A stretch of DNA of 64,000 nt from an uncultured delta proteobacterium (lineage in GTDB: Bacteria; Myxococcota_A; Polyangia; Fen-1088), in NCBI GenBank assembly GCA_963767925.1, contig CAVYGB010000001.1, forward strand, positions 320,001 to 384,000. The letters run 5' to 3'. The notes beneath the pieces were generated by a model, which was not told the origin of the DNA, did no database searches, and worked only from the letters and a program-made list of their open reading frames with translations. This document shows, in pieces, positions 1 to 9,736 of this stretch. A program made the translations under genes and the position numbers. Position 1 is the first letter of the stretch. Every line of letters starts with the position of its first letter.

Positions 1-137
1 ACCGAAGTAGTGCCCTTTTCAAGCTGCGCGGCGGCGCTCGGGTGGGGCACCTCCGTCGGGACGCAACGTCGAACCCGGCGGGTAGCATCGACGTCAGTGA
101 CCCGCAGCTGCGATCCCGGGCGATCACCCCGGGCGGG

Positions 138-890
138 TCACTCCGGGCAGGTGCCGGCGGGGCAGCTGGTGGTGCCGGGTTCGCCTTCGAGGCCGGGGCA
201 GCCCAGGTCGGGGAGCTCGTAGCGGGTGCCTTCGCAGGTGAGGATGAGGCGGTCGGTGGTCTTGTTCCAGGTGCCGGTGAGCAGGACGGCGCCGGTCGGG
301 GCGGTCCAGGCCAGCGTCTCGATGTTGCTGGCGTCGGTGCCGCTGACGTCGAGGGTGTAGCAGGCGCTGCCGTCCTGGCGGGACACGCGCATGCTCGTCA
401 TGTAGCCCGTGTCGGTGGAGGTGGCGATCGACAGCTTCTTCACGCCGTTGGCGAGGCAGTAGTTGGTGCGGACCACCTCTCCCTGGGTGACGATCTGCGA
501 CTGGCACATCTCGTCGTCGCCGATGCAGGCGGCGGCGGCCAGGAACAGCCCCTGGCAGGGGAGCTGAAAGCAGGAGGTCGCGACGACGACGCCGGGCTCG
601 GGCGGCAGGCGGGTGTCGGGCGGCACCAGGTCGCGGGCCTGGGGCGGTCGGTCGGGCGGCAGGTCGGGCGCGAGATCGATCGGGCGATCGACGAAGACGG
701 CGCTGCTCGCGTCGACGATCTGTCCGCCGCGGCCGCCGTTGCCGCTGGGCCCGCTCGTGCCGCCGGCGCCCCCTTCGCCGCCGTCCTCGGGGGACGTCGG
801 TTCGAGCGCCGGGGAGCCGCCACAGGCGGCGAGCGCTCCGGCGAGGAGCAGCAGGATCGGGTGACGGAAGGACGAAGGCAGGCGTGTCAT
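138..890 (-). CDS. Cys-rich hypothetical lipoprotein
   Basis: Signal peptide with lipobox (LAAC), Gly/Pro linker, Cys-rich C-terminal domain; purine-rich SD upstream. Confidence 0.75.
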   Translation of the reverse strand: MTRLPSSFRHPILLLLAGALAACGGSPALEPTSPEDGGEGGAGGTSGPSGNGGRGGQIVDASSAVFVDRPIDLAPDLPPDRPPQARDLVPPDTRLPPEPGVVVATSCFQLPCQGLFLAAAACIGDDEMCQSQIVTQGEVVRTNYCLANGVKKLSIATSTDTGYMTSMRVSRQDGSACYTLDVSGTDASNIETLAWTAPTGAVLLTGTWNKTTDRLILTCEGTRYELPDLGCPGLEGEPGTTSCPAGTCPE

Positions 891-908
891 CAGAAGTGTT
901 TCCTCTCC

Positions 909-922
909 CTACCCGCGGGTAG
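909..922. promoter_or_regulatory. Perfect 14-bp palindrome CTACCCGCGGGTAG, possible operator
   Basis: Self-complementary sequence abutting the SD of the 138..890 gene. Confidence 0.35.
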
Positions 923-967
923 TCTAGGAGACGCCCCCCATGCGGCAACGGCAGACCGCCGCGCGGT

Positions 968-1127
968 GGGGCCGTTCGCGGGTTTTCGCCGCCTGCCCCT
1001 CCCGCGCTAACGCGGAGCCGCCGGGGGCCGTTCGCGGGTTTTCGCCCGCCTGCCCCCTCCCGCGCTAGGCGAGCCGCGCGGGGGGGCCCGTACGCGGGTT
1101 TTTCGCCCGCCAATCCCCCTCCCGCTG
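968..1127. repeat. Three degenerate ~43-bp intergenic repeats (REP-like)
   Basis: GGGGCCGTTCGCGGGTTTTCGCC(C)GCCTGCCCC(C)TCCCGCGCTA at ~968, ~1024 and, more diverged, ~1083. Confidence 0.8.
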
Positions 1128-1432
1128 ACGCGGGTCGCACGGATTGCAGGCGGTACCGCCCGGGCGACGGCTGGTCCGCATGAACGTGCTGATCCAGCAG
1201 ATGCCAGCCTCCTCCAGTCAGGGAGCGGGATGGTCCGCATACGGCCCGGTTCGAGTCGGGTGGTGCGCGGAGACACGAAACTCGGCACAGAGATGAAATC
1301 TTTCCGAGATCGAGGCGTTGTGAAGTTGACCCACACGAGACTGGGTCGATGATCGGACTCCTGTGACGCCTGGCGGCCGCCAGGTGCCGGACGCTCCCGG
1401 AACCAGCCACGCCCGCGAAAGGCACTGCCGTC

Positions 1433-3856
1433 ATGCCGAGACCACGCACGCGTATCCTCCTCCCGCTCCTGGTCGCGCTCGCCCCGCTGGCGCAGTGTCA
1501 AGGGCCCGCCTCCGACGGGGAAGAGTCGGAGCTGGTGGCCCAGCAGGCGCTGACCGCCTTCGCGCCCGCGGTGGCGGTGGTGCTGTGCCGGGAGAGCTAC
1601 GATGCCTCCCCGCGCCCGTCGCAGATGAGCAGCCAGGCGCTGGTCGGCCTGGCCGGGCTGGTCGGGACGCCCTACGACACCGTGACGCTCGATCAGCTCC
1701 TGGCGCTCCCGGCCGGCTCGCACGCCAGCATCTGGCTCAGCCAGTGCGCGGTCCTCTCGGACGGCAAGCTGGACGCGCTGGCCGATCGCCTGGCCGACCA
1801 GCTCGAGCGGGGCGGCTCGGTGCTGCTCGACGGGCCCGTCGGCACCTACCGCCCGGGGTCCAGCGGTCCGACCTTCCGGGGCTCGGGCGACACCGAGGAC
1901 ATCTTGCAGGTCGAGGCGCGCGGGTGGGCCAGCGTGGGGGGCTTCACCGTCCGCACGGCCGAGGGATCGCACCCGCTGGCGTCGCTGCCCGGCTGGACCG
2001 CCGGCACCACCTTGACCCAGGGGCTGGACGAGGGGAGCGAGATCCTCGGCATCAACGGCGGCTCGCAGCCCGGCGCCCACACCCTGCTCCAGCTCGCCAG
2101 CGGCTCGACCCGCCACCCCTACGCCGTGATCACCCGGCCGGACGCCGGGCGGGTGCTGGCCATCTCCGGCTACGGCCACGACGCCGGTCCGGCCAGCCCG
2201 TTTCGCAACGATTCGCCGCGCGGGTTCTTCGACAACCTGCTGTTGCCCCGCCTGATCGACGCCACCACCTGGCTGCTGGGCGGCGGCGCCCCCACCGTCG
2301 GGCTGCAGCTCTCCCACGCCCCGATGACCGCGGTCGTGCGCCTCGACGGCGACGTCAGCGGATCGCCCTCCAGCAGCGAGGCCACCGTCGACTACCTGGT
2401 CGACCTGGGCCGCCAGACCGGCGTCACGACCGCCTACGCCATCGTCAGCGACCTGGCCGAGGGCGTCGACTGGGACGGCTTCTCCTCGTCGCAGATGAAG
2501 GAGCTGGAGCGCCTGGGCGGCTCGATCGGCTCGCACTCGCACACCCACGAGAACGACATGAGCAACGAGCTCGACGCCGCCGGCTGGGACGCCGAGGTCC
2601 GCCAGTCGCTGCAGATCATCCGCGCGCACTTCACCAGCGGGTCCTTCCGCCCCGCGGTCGACGTGTTCATCAACCCGGGCGACACCATCGCCTGGCACGA
2701 TTACCGCCGCTTCTTCAAGGACATCCGGGCCTATTTCACCCACGGCTTCGAGCTGTCGGCCCCCTACACCTCGGGCGTCTCGGGCTTCGATCTGCCCGCG
2801 GGGACCGCCCCGGTGGCCATCTTCGGCAACACCCCGGTGCCCGACTTCCACTGGTTCTACGATCCCACCTGGAGCTTCGGGCTGGCCGAGGCGACCGACC
2901 TGCAGCGCAAGATCCTCGGGTACTTCCAGCGCCGGGTGGGCCGGGGCGCCCTCTACAACCAGATGTGGCACGACTACGGCATCGCCGGCAGCCCGCCCGA
3001 CCACAACCCCGAGGGGGGACCCTTCGACGCGTTCTACGACGCCGTCCGGGCCCACTTTGCCAGCGAACGCGTGTACGCCCCGGCGATCGCCGAGGTGATC
3101 AGCAAGCTGGCCCTCGCCCAGCGCAGCCGCTTTTCCGCCCAGTGGAACAGCAGCAACACGGTGGTGACGACGAGCCTGGATCTGTCCCGCCTGTCGTCGG
3201 CCGATCGCCTGCACCTGGCCGGCATGGGCCTGCGGGTGAACAAGCCGGGCGCCACCATCATCGCCGCCCAGGTCGACGGCGCCGCCCACCCCGCCTTCAC
3301 CGCCGACACCGTGATCCTCCCGCCGCGGACCAGCGCGACCTCCCTGGTGACGATCACGACCGGCGACCCCGCCGCCGCCGCCCGCCCCCGCCTCACCTAC
3401 CTCTCCAAGGCGCCGGCCGCGATGACCGTGTCCGGCGGCAACCTGCGCGTCCAGCTCGCCCGGGCGGGCCTGCCCACCCGCTTCTGCCTGGTCCCTCCCA
3501 CCCGCCACGTCCTCATCGGCGCCGACCGCTACGCCCCCGAGGCCGCCGAGACCTGCGGCCGCCTGGTCGACGGCTCCTCCTCCACCGCGATCGAAGCCCG
3601 CACCCTCGCCGTCACCGCCGACCTGTCGATCACCGCCGCCGACCGCCGCATCCTGTCCCACAGCGCCAGCAGCTCCGAGCTCACCCTCGAGCTCGCCGCC
3701 GGCAAGAGCGAAGACCGCCTCACCTTCCGCGCCACCCGCGCCCCCGAGGCCGTCTACGTCGACGACGAGGAGGTGACCCCCAGCGCCCAGTCCGGCGGCG
3801 TCTACACCATCCGCCTCGACACCTTCTCCGCCACCTCCGTCACCATCGAGCTCTGA
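1433..3856 (+). CDS. Secreted polysaccharide deacetylase (NodB-like) domain protein
   Basis: Signal peptide; RLDGD and GSHSHTH metal-binding motifs; beta-rich C-terminus. Confidence 0.7.
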   Translation: MPRPRTRILLPLLVALAPLAQCQGPASDGEESELVAQQALTAFAPAVAVVLCRESYDASPRPSQMSSQALVGLAGLVGTPYDTVTLDQLLALPAGSHASIWLSQCAVLSDGKLDALADRLADQLERGGSVLLDGPVGTYRPGSSGPTFRGSGDTEDILQVEARGWASVGGFTVRTAEGSHPLASLPGWTAGTTLTQGLDEGSEILGINGGSQPGAHTLLQLASGSTRHPYAVITRPDAGRVLAISGYGHDAGPASPFRNDSPRGFFDNLLLPRLIDATTWLLGGGAPTVGLQLSHAPMTAVVRLDGDVSGSPSSSEATVDYLVDLGRQTGVTTAYAIVSDLAEGVDWDGFSSSQMKELERLGGSIGSHSHTHENDMSNELDAAGWDAEVRQSLQIIRAHFTSGSFRPAVDVFINPGDTIAWHDYRRFFKDIRAYFTHGFELSAPYTSGVSGFDLPAGTAPVAIFGNTPVPDFHWFYDPTWSFGLAEATDLQRKILGYFQRRVGRGALYNQMWHDYGIAGSPPDHNPEGGPFDAFYDAVRAHFASERVYAPAIAEVISKLALAQRSRFSAQWNSSNTVVTTSLDLSRLSSADRLHLAGMGLRVNKPGATIIAAQVDGAAHPAFTADTVILPPRTSATSLVTITTGDPAAAARPRLTYLSKAPAAMTVSGGNLRVQLARAGLPTRFCLVPPTRHVLIGADRYAPEAAETCGRLVDGSSSTAIEARTLAVTADLSITAADRRILSHSASSSELTLELAAGKSEDRLTFRATRAPEAVYVDDEEVTPSAQSGGVYTIRLDTFSATSVTIEL

Positions 3857-3993
3857 CCCCCACGCCGTCGTCCAGGAAGAGCTGGCCCGCCCCCCGGATT
3901 CTTGCTGCGTTGCACCGTCCGGTGCCCGGATTCGGGCCCGAGCAGGTGGGCACCCAGGGCGATATAGCTGGGTGGTCCCTCGAGGATGCGCCG

Positions 3994-4392
3994 GTGGCCA
4001 CGATCGAAGACAAATTGCGGGATTTCTTCGGGCCGAGCGCGCCCGGCATCGCGGCCGTCTACCTGTTCGGCAGCGTGGCCCGAGGAACCGCCCGTGCCGA
4101 CAGCGATGTGGACGTGGCGGTGCTCTACGAGAAGGATCCGCCCCCCACCCTCGAGGGACTTCCGCTCGATCTGGAAGGCGACCTGGAGCGACTGCTCGGC
4201 CTCGCCGTCGACGTCGTCGCGCTCAACCGAGCGCCGGTGGATCTGGTCCACAGGGTGCTACGGGACGGATTGCTGGTCGTGGACGCCGATCGGCAAGCGC
4301 GCATCCTCTTCGAGGTGAAGGCCCGCAACGAATACTTCGACCTCCTGCCCACCCTCGAGCGGTACCGCCGCATGGAGGGCCAGCTCCGATGA
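3994..4392 (+). CDS. MNT nucleotidyltransferase antitoxin (MntA-like)
   Basis: YLFGSVARGTARADSDVD matches GS-x10-DxD; GTG start at 3994. Confidence 0.85.
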   Translation: MATIEDKLRDFFGPSAPGIAAVYLFGSVARGTARADSDVDVAVLYEKDPPPTLEGLPLDLEGDLERLLGLAVDVVALNRAPVDLVHRVLRDGLLVVDADRQARILFEVKARNEYFDLLPTLERYRRMEGQLR

Positions 4393-4523
4393 CGGAAGCG
4401 CATCTCGTCGCCAAGAAGCTCGCGCTGATCGAGACCTACCTGCGCGAGCTCCGCAGCGAGGGACGACCGGAGCTCATCACCAAGGACCTGCGCGAGCTCC
4501 GTTTCACCGAACATACGTTGCAG
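4389..4523 (+). pseudogene. Truncated HEPN/DUF86 toxin (N-terminal ~45 aa only)
   Basis: ATGA overlap with the MNT stop; MTEAHLVAKKLALIETYLRELR...RFTEHTLQ, then runs into antisense selO; no RxxxxH motif. Confidence 0.7.
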
Positions 4524-4540
4524 AGGCCTGCCGGGTCCGG

Positions 4541-6171
4541 TCAGGAGCTGCAGGAGAGCATCGAGCAGCCGGCGCGGTGGCGGGCCCATTCGGGGCGCTT
4601 GCGCGGCGAACGCCTCGCGGCCGGGTTGCGTCGTCGTAGGGGTGGCGCAGGACCTCGAGAGCTCTGCTCGAGGCGGGCGTAGTCGCCCTGCTCGGCGTCG
4701 TCGATGGCCAGCTGGGCCAGGTAGTTGCGCAGGACGTAGCGCGGATTGACGGCGTTCATGCGCGCACGGCGGCGGTCGTCGGGCAGGTCCGCCGCTGCGC
4801 ACCCGGTCGCGGTAGCGGCGCAGCCAGCGCACCGTCGCCTCGCGCTGGACCGGGCCGCAAGGCCGCGGCGACGTAGTAGGCCCCGGCCAGCGGGGCCAGC
4901 AGCGCCTCGTCGGAGGCCTCGCCGCCGACCGGGGCGACCGCCAGCGGCAGGTCGGCCAGGCCCCGGAAGAACAGGGTCATGTCGGTCTCGACCACGGCCA
5001 GCAGCTCGCAGCAGATCGTCGCCCAGGACGCGGTCCTGCGTCGCGCTCGGCCACCGGGCGGTGATCCTGCCCGGGCTTCGATCAGCCCGAGCTTGGCGGC
5101 CAGCATCGCCTCCTGCGCCGCCTCGAACGGCTCGGCGTAGGCGTCGAGCGCCTCCTGCAACGGCTGGCGGTCTCCTCGGTCAGCGGCAGCAGGGCGTTCG
5201 CGAGCCGGACCAGGTTCCAGTGCGCCACCCGCGGCTGCTCGCCGAAGCGGTAGCGGCGGCCGCTGGCGTCGGTGGTGTTGGGCGTCCAGCCCGGGATCGT
5301 AGTCCTCCAGCCAGCCGTAGGGGCCGTAGTCGATGGTCAGCCCCAGGATCGACATGTTGTCGGTGTTCATCACGCCGTGGACGAAGCCCACCCGCATCCA
5401 GTGCACCATCAGCTCGGCCGTCCGCCGGCAGACCTCGGCGAACCAGCGGCCGTAGACCTCCTTGCCCGGCGGGCCCAGGTCGGGAAAATGGGTGGTGATG
5501 GTGTAGTCGGCCAGCGCCCGCAGGATGTCGCAGCTCGCCGCGGGCGGCGAAGATCTCGAAGTTGCCGAAGCGGACGAACGAGGGGGCCACCCGGCAGACG
5601 ATCGCGCCCGGCTCGGGTCGCGGGTGGCCGTCGTAGAACATGTCGCGCACCACCTGCTCGCCGGTGGCCACCAGGCTCAGCGCGCGGGTGGTCGGCACGC
5701 CCAGGTGGTGCATGGCCTCGCTGCACAGGAACTCGCGCAGCGACGAGCGCAGCACCGCCCGTCCGTCGGCGCGTGCGCGAGTAAGGCGTCGGCCCGGCCC
5801 CCTTGAGCTGCAGCTCCCAGCGCTGCCCGCCGCGGCTCGAGGACCTCGCCCAGCGTGATGGCCCGCCCGTCGCCGAGCTGGCCGGCCCAGCTGCCGAACT
5901 GGTGCCCGCCGTAACAGGCGGCGTAAGGCGACATGCCCGGCAGCAAGCGGTTGCCCGCGAACACCTCGGCGAAGGCCGGATCGCGCCAGTCCTCCTCGGT
6001 CAGCCCGAGGCTGCTGGCCACCTCGCGCGACACGGCGCCCAGCCGCGGAGCGGTCACCGGGGTGGGATCGACCCGGCTGTAAGCGGCGCCGGGCACCTGG
6101 CGCACCCGGTTGCCGGACACGGGATCGGCGGGCAGGGCGCGGATGAAGCTGTCTTCGAAGTGGAGGCGCAT
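4541..6171 (-). pseudogene. selO: Protein adenylyltransferase SelO/YdiU, multiply frameshifted
   Basis: [67 protein letters not shown] and GCSMLSCSS are spread over several frames. Confidence 0.9.
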
Positions 6172-6307
6172 CTGGCGCTCGTATCTGTAGCAGGCTGGCG
6201 CCCCACCGCCCGGACGGCAGTTGCGGAGCGAGGACGCGCTGCGCGAAGGGAAATCGCGGTCAACGCCGCCGCGAACCTGAGGGGGGCTCGTCCGTCCGAC
6301 GGGGTGC

Positions 6308-7606
6308 CTACGACGGCGACCAGGTCGCGTCGAGCGAGGGGCCGGGGCGGGCGAAGTGATAGCCCTGCATGAGATCCGCCCCCAGCTCGAGCAGCGCGTT
6401 CCGCTCCTCGGCGGTCTCGACCCCCTCGGCCACCACCTGGATGCCGAGCTCGTTGAACGCCTCGTAGAGCGAACGAACCAGCCGGATCCGGCTGCGGCTC
6501 TCGTGCAGCCCCCGGATCAACGACATGTCGAGCTTGACCACCTCGGGCTCGAGGTGGGCGAAGGCGCTCAGGCCAGCGTAGCCCGCGCCGAGATCGTCGA
6601 TCGCGACGCGGAACCCGAGCGCGCGCAGGCGGGCGATCCGGGCGCTCGTGTCGGGGATGCTGTCGAGCGCGGTCCGCTCGGTCAGCTCCAGCACCACCCG
6701 GGTGGCCTCCCGGGACAGGGGCGCGTCGCTCGCGAACAGATGTTCGTCCAGCAGGTCCTGGGCGCTGAGGTTGACGAACATGGTGTCGCTGCGACCGGCG
6801 ACGTCTCGCGCCACCTGGTCCCGGATCCGCTGGCCGAGGTCGAATTGCGTCCCCAGCCGTTCGGCGGCCTCGATGACCGCTCCGGGGTTGGGGAGGGAGG
6901 CCTCGCGCGTCCGCAGCAGGGCTTCGAAGGCGTGGATCCGGCGAGCCTGCCAGCTCACGATGGGCTGGTACGCCATCCAGAGCGAGTCGAGCGCGCGCTG
7001 GAAGCTGGCCTCGAGGGCGGTCCGGTCGCCGATGCCGCGGGCGCCCGTCTCACCGCTGAGCGCCAGGGCCTGGCGCTTCAAGCGGGCGATGTGGTGCAGG
7101 CGAGCGGCGGTCCGGACCGCCCGGTGCAGCGTCTCGGGATCGACCGGCTTGACCAGGTAGCGGAGCGCGCCGCACTCGACCGCGTTCACGGCCGTCTCCA
7201 CGTTTGGCATGCCGGTCATGAGAATGACCGGGACGTCGACGTCGCGCAGGCGGATCGCGCGCAGGAGCTGCAAGCCGTCGAGGCCAGGCAGGCAGATGTC
7301 GCTGACGATCACGTCGAAGTTGCGCTGCTCGAGCAGGCTCGTAGCGGCCGCCGCGTCGCCCGCGACCAGGACCTCGTAGCCCACCCGGGTCAAGGAGCGA
7401 GAGTACGCGCGCTGGATCATGTCGTCGTCGTCGACCAGGAGCACCGCGATGGGCCGCTGGCCCCACTCGGCGATGGGATCCTTCTGGGCGACGCTGGGCG
7501 GGTCCTTGCTCGCGGGGGCCGTGGTCGGATCGGGCACGGGACAATTGTGCGCGTCGAGAAACTGGCCCGAAAGCGGGACGATTCTGAATGACGCCACGGA
7601 TATCAC
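6308..7606 (-). CDS. REC-EAL c-di-GMP phosphodiesterase
   Basis: REC (LLVDDD, SDICLP, KP) plus EAL motifs [32 protein letters not shown]; true start uncertain. Confidence 0.9.
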   Translation of the reverse strand: MISVASFRIVPLSGQFLDAHNCPVPDPTTAPASKDPPSVAQKDPIAEWGQRPIAVLLVDDDDMIQRAYSRSLTRVGYEVLVAGDAAAATSLLEQRNFDVIVSDICLPGLDGLQLLRAIRLRDVDVPVILMTGMPNVETAVNAVECGALRYLVKPVDPETLHRAVRTAARLHHIARLKRQALALSGETGARGIGDRTALEASFQRALDSLWMAYQPIVSWQARRIHAFEALLRTREASLPNPGAVIEAAERLGTQFDLGQRIRDQVARDVAGRSDTMFVNLSAQDLLDEHLFASDAPLSREATRVVLELTERTALDSIPDTSARIARLRALGFRVAIDDLGAGYAGLSAFAHLEPEVVKLDMSLIRGLHESRSRIRLVRSLYEAFNELGIQVVAEGVETAEERNALLELGADLMQGYHFARPGPSLDATWSPS

Positions 7607-7793
7607 CCGGTGGTATCGTCACGTTTTGTCCTACAAAACATCAGGCCCCGACGCCGCCTCGATATTACGACCCATTACACGGTACCCGCCGGTGGTACCC
7701 GCCCGTTGACAGCGGGCCCGGTCCCCCGGAACACTCGGGAGCGCCGGCTCGATGCCTGCCCTTGCGAATCGTACTGCTGCCGAGACGAACCCT

Positions 7794-8429
7794 ATGCCCC
7801 TGCGCATTCTGCTGGCCGACGACCACGCGGTCGTCCGGCGGGGCATCCGGTCCCTGCTGGCCGAGGAGTTCCCGGACGCCGAGTTCGGGGAGGCGGAGAA
7901 CGGCGCCCAGGCGGTCCAGCAGGTCGATCAGAACCGGTGGGATCTGGTGCTGATGGACGTGGGGATGCCGCAGCGGGGGGGGATCGAGGCCCTGACGGAG
8001 ATCCACAGCCGCCACCCGCGGCTGCCCCTGCTGGTGCTCAGCCAGCACGACGAGGACCAGTACGCCTTCCGGGCGCTGCGGGCCGGGGCCCTGGGATACG
8101 TGACCAAGCAGATGGCGCCCGAGGAGATCGTCGCCGCCGCCCACAAGGCCCTGGCCGGTCGCCGCTATGTCAGCCCCGTCCTGGCCGAGGCGCTGGCCGC
8201 GCGGCTGGGGGCCGACTGGGCCGGGCCGCTGCACGCCTCGCTGTCCAATCGCGAGTTCCAGATCCTGCGCCTGCTCGCCTCGGGAAAGAGCTCCAAGGAG
8301 ATCGCCGCCGTGTTGTGCCTCGGCGCGAAGACCATCGGCACCTATCGATCGCAGATCTTCAAGAAGATGGGGATGAAGACCAGCGCGGAGCTGATCCGCT
8401 ACGCCCTCAAGACCGGGCTGTGTGACTGA
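7794..8429 (+). CDS. NarL/LuxR-family response regulator
   Basis: LLADDHAVVR REC domain; LSNREFQIL...KEIA HTH. Confidence 0.92.
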   Translation: MPLRILLADDHAVVRRGIRSLLAEEFPDAEFGEAENGAQAVQQVDQNRWDLVLMDVGMPQRGGIEALTEIHSRHPRLPLLVLSQHDEDQYAFRALRAGALGYVTKQMAPEEIVAAAHKALAGRRYVSPVLAEALAARLGADWAGPLHASLSNREFQILRLLASGKSSKEIAAVLCLGAKTIGTYRSQIFKKMGMKTSAELIRYALKTGLCD

Positions 8430-9631
8430 TGACGGAACCTGGCGAACCCCGCACGAGCGCCGGTGCCGAGGCGGCCTCGATCGTCGAGCACGCGCTCGTG
8501 CGCGCGCAGACCGCCTTGCGGGCGAGCGAGGACCGGCTGCGCCGGCTATGGCAGTCCGACGTCATCGGGCTCGTCATCGGCACCTTCGACGGCCGGGTGA
8601 TCGAGGCGAACGATGCCTACCTGCGGCTGGTGGGCTACACCCGCGACGAGCTGGAGCGCGGCGAGCTGAACTGGCGTCGCATCACGACGCCCGAGACCAT
8701 CTGCGGGGGGGAGACCGCCATCGCGAACCTGTCTCGATCGGGCGCCGCGCCCACCTTCGAGAAGGAGTACATCCGGCGCGACGGCACGCGGGTGGCGGTC
8801 CTGATCGGGGCGGCCCTGCTGGAGACCACGCCCGGGTGCGCCATCTCCTTCGTCCTCGACAACTCCCAGCACAAGGCCGCCGAGGCGGCGGTGGCGCAGC
8901 TCAACCGCGAGCTGGAGCAGCGGGTCCAGACCCGCACCGAGGAGCTGCATCAGACCGAGCAGCGGATGCGCGCCCTGGCCGCGCACCTGCAGACCGTGCG
9001 GGAGGAAGAGCGGACGGAGCTGGCGCGGGAGATCCACGACGTGCTCGGGCAGGAGCTCACCGGGCTCAAGCTGGACGTGGCCTGGACCCTGCGCAAGCTC
9101 GGCCAGCAACCGACCGCCCTGGCCCCGGTGGTCCAGCGCCTCGAGTCCATGCAGCAGCTCATCGACTCGACAATCGGCACCGTCCGGCGCATGGCCACCG
9201 ACCTCCGGCCCGGCGTGCTGGACGACCTGGGGCTGGTGCCGGCCCTCGAGTGGCAGGCCCGTGAGCTCGAGCGGCGCGCCGGACTGCCCGTCCGGTTCCA
9301 GGCGTCGGCCGACGACATCCCGCTCGACCGGGCCCGGGCCACCGCCATGTTTCGCATCTGCCAGGAGCTGTTGACCAACGTGGCCCGCCATTCCGGCGCC
9401 CGCGCGGTCGCCATCGACGTGCGCCTGGAGGACGGGGCGGTCGTGCTCGAGGTGACCGACGACGGCCGCGGCTTCGAGGAGCGGGACTGCTCGACCAGCA
9501 ACTCCCTGGGCCTCCTCGGCATTCGCGAGCGGGCGGCGGTCTTCGGCGGTTCGGTCGCCATCCGCTCGGTCGAAGCCGGTGGCACCAGCGTTGTGGCGCG
9601 GCTCCCCTTGCCCCTGCCCGACCCGAGCTGA
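8429..9631 (+). CDS. PAS sensor histidine kinase (HisKA_3)
   Basis: PAS domain; EEERTELAREIHD, QELLTNVARH, DDGRGF, GLLGIRER; overlaps the regulator stop. Confidence 0.92.
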   Translation: MTEPGEPRTSAGAEAASIVEHALVRAQTALRASEDRLRRLWQSDVIGLVIGTFDGRVIEANDAYLRLVGYTRDELERGELNWRRITTPETICGGETAIANLSRSGAAPTFEKEYIRRDGTRVAVLIGAALLETTPGCAISFVLDNSQHKAAEAAVAQLNRELEQRVQTRTEELHQTEQRMRALAAHLQTVREEERTELAREIHDVLGQELTGLKLDVAWTLRKLGQQPTALAPVVQRLESMQQLIDSTIGTVRRMATDLRPGVLDDLGLVPALEWQARELERRAGLPVRFQASADDIPLDRARATAMFRICQELLTNVARHSGARAVAIDVRLEDGAVVLEVTDDGRGFEERDCSTSNSLGLLGIRERAAVFGGSVAIRSVEAGGTSVVARLPLPLPDPS

Positions 9632-9736
9632 GCGCGGCACCCGCCCGCTCGCTGGATCGGCAAGGACGCCCTCGCCCAGCTCTCCCCGCGCTCGAGACGA
9701 TGACCCGCGAGCAGTTCGGTCGGCGACCGCTTCACC

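Noticed and set aside
968..1127. Possible CRISPR array
   Set aside because: Only three degenerate units, linkers of ~15 nt resemble each other, and no cas genes are in the window
1363..4392. 1009-aa ORF ending in an MNT domain
   Set aside because: The upstream part is an alternate frame of the deacetylase gene; the real MNT starts at 3994
4541..4560. Selenocysteine in SelO
   Set aside because: The C-terminus reads MLSCSS with a normal Cys codon; the TGA is the terminal stop
3994..6171. Functional link between MNT and SelO as two AMPylases
   Set aside because: The genes are convergent and adjacent only through a truncation junction; no supporting evidence
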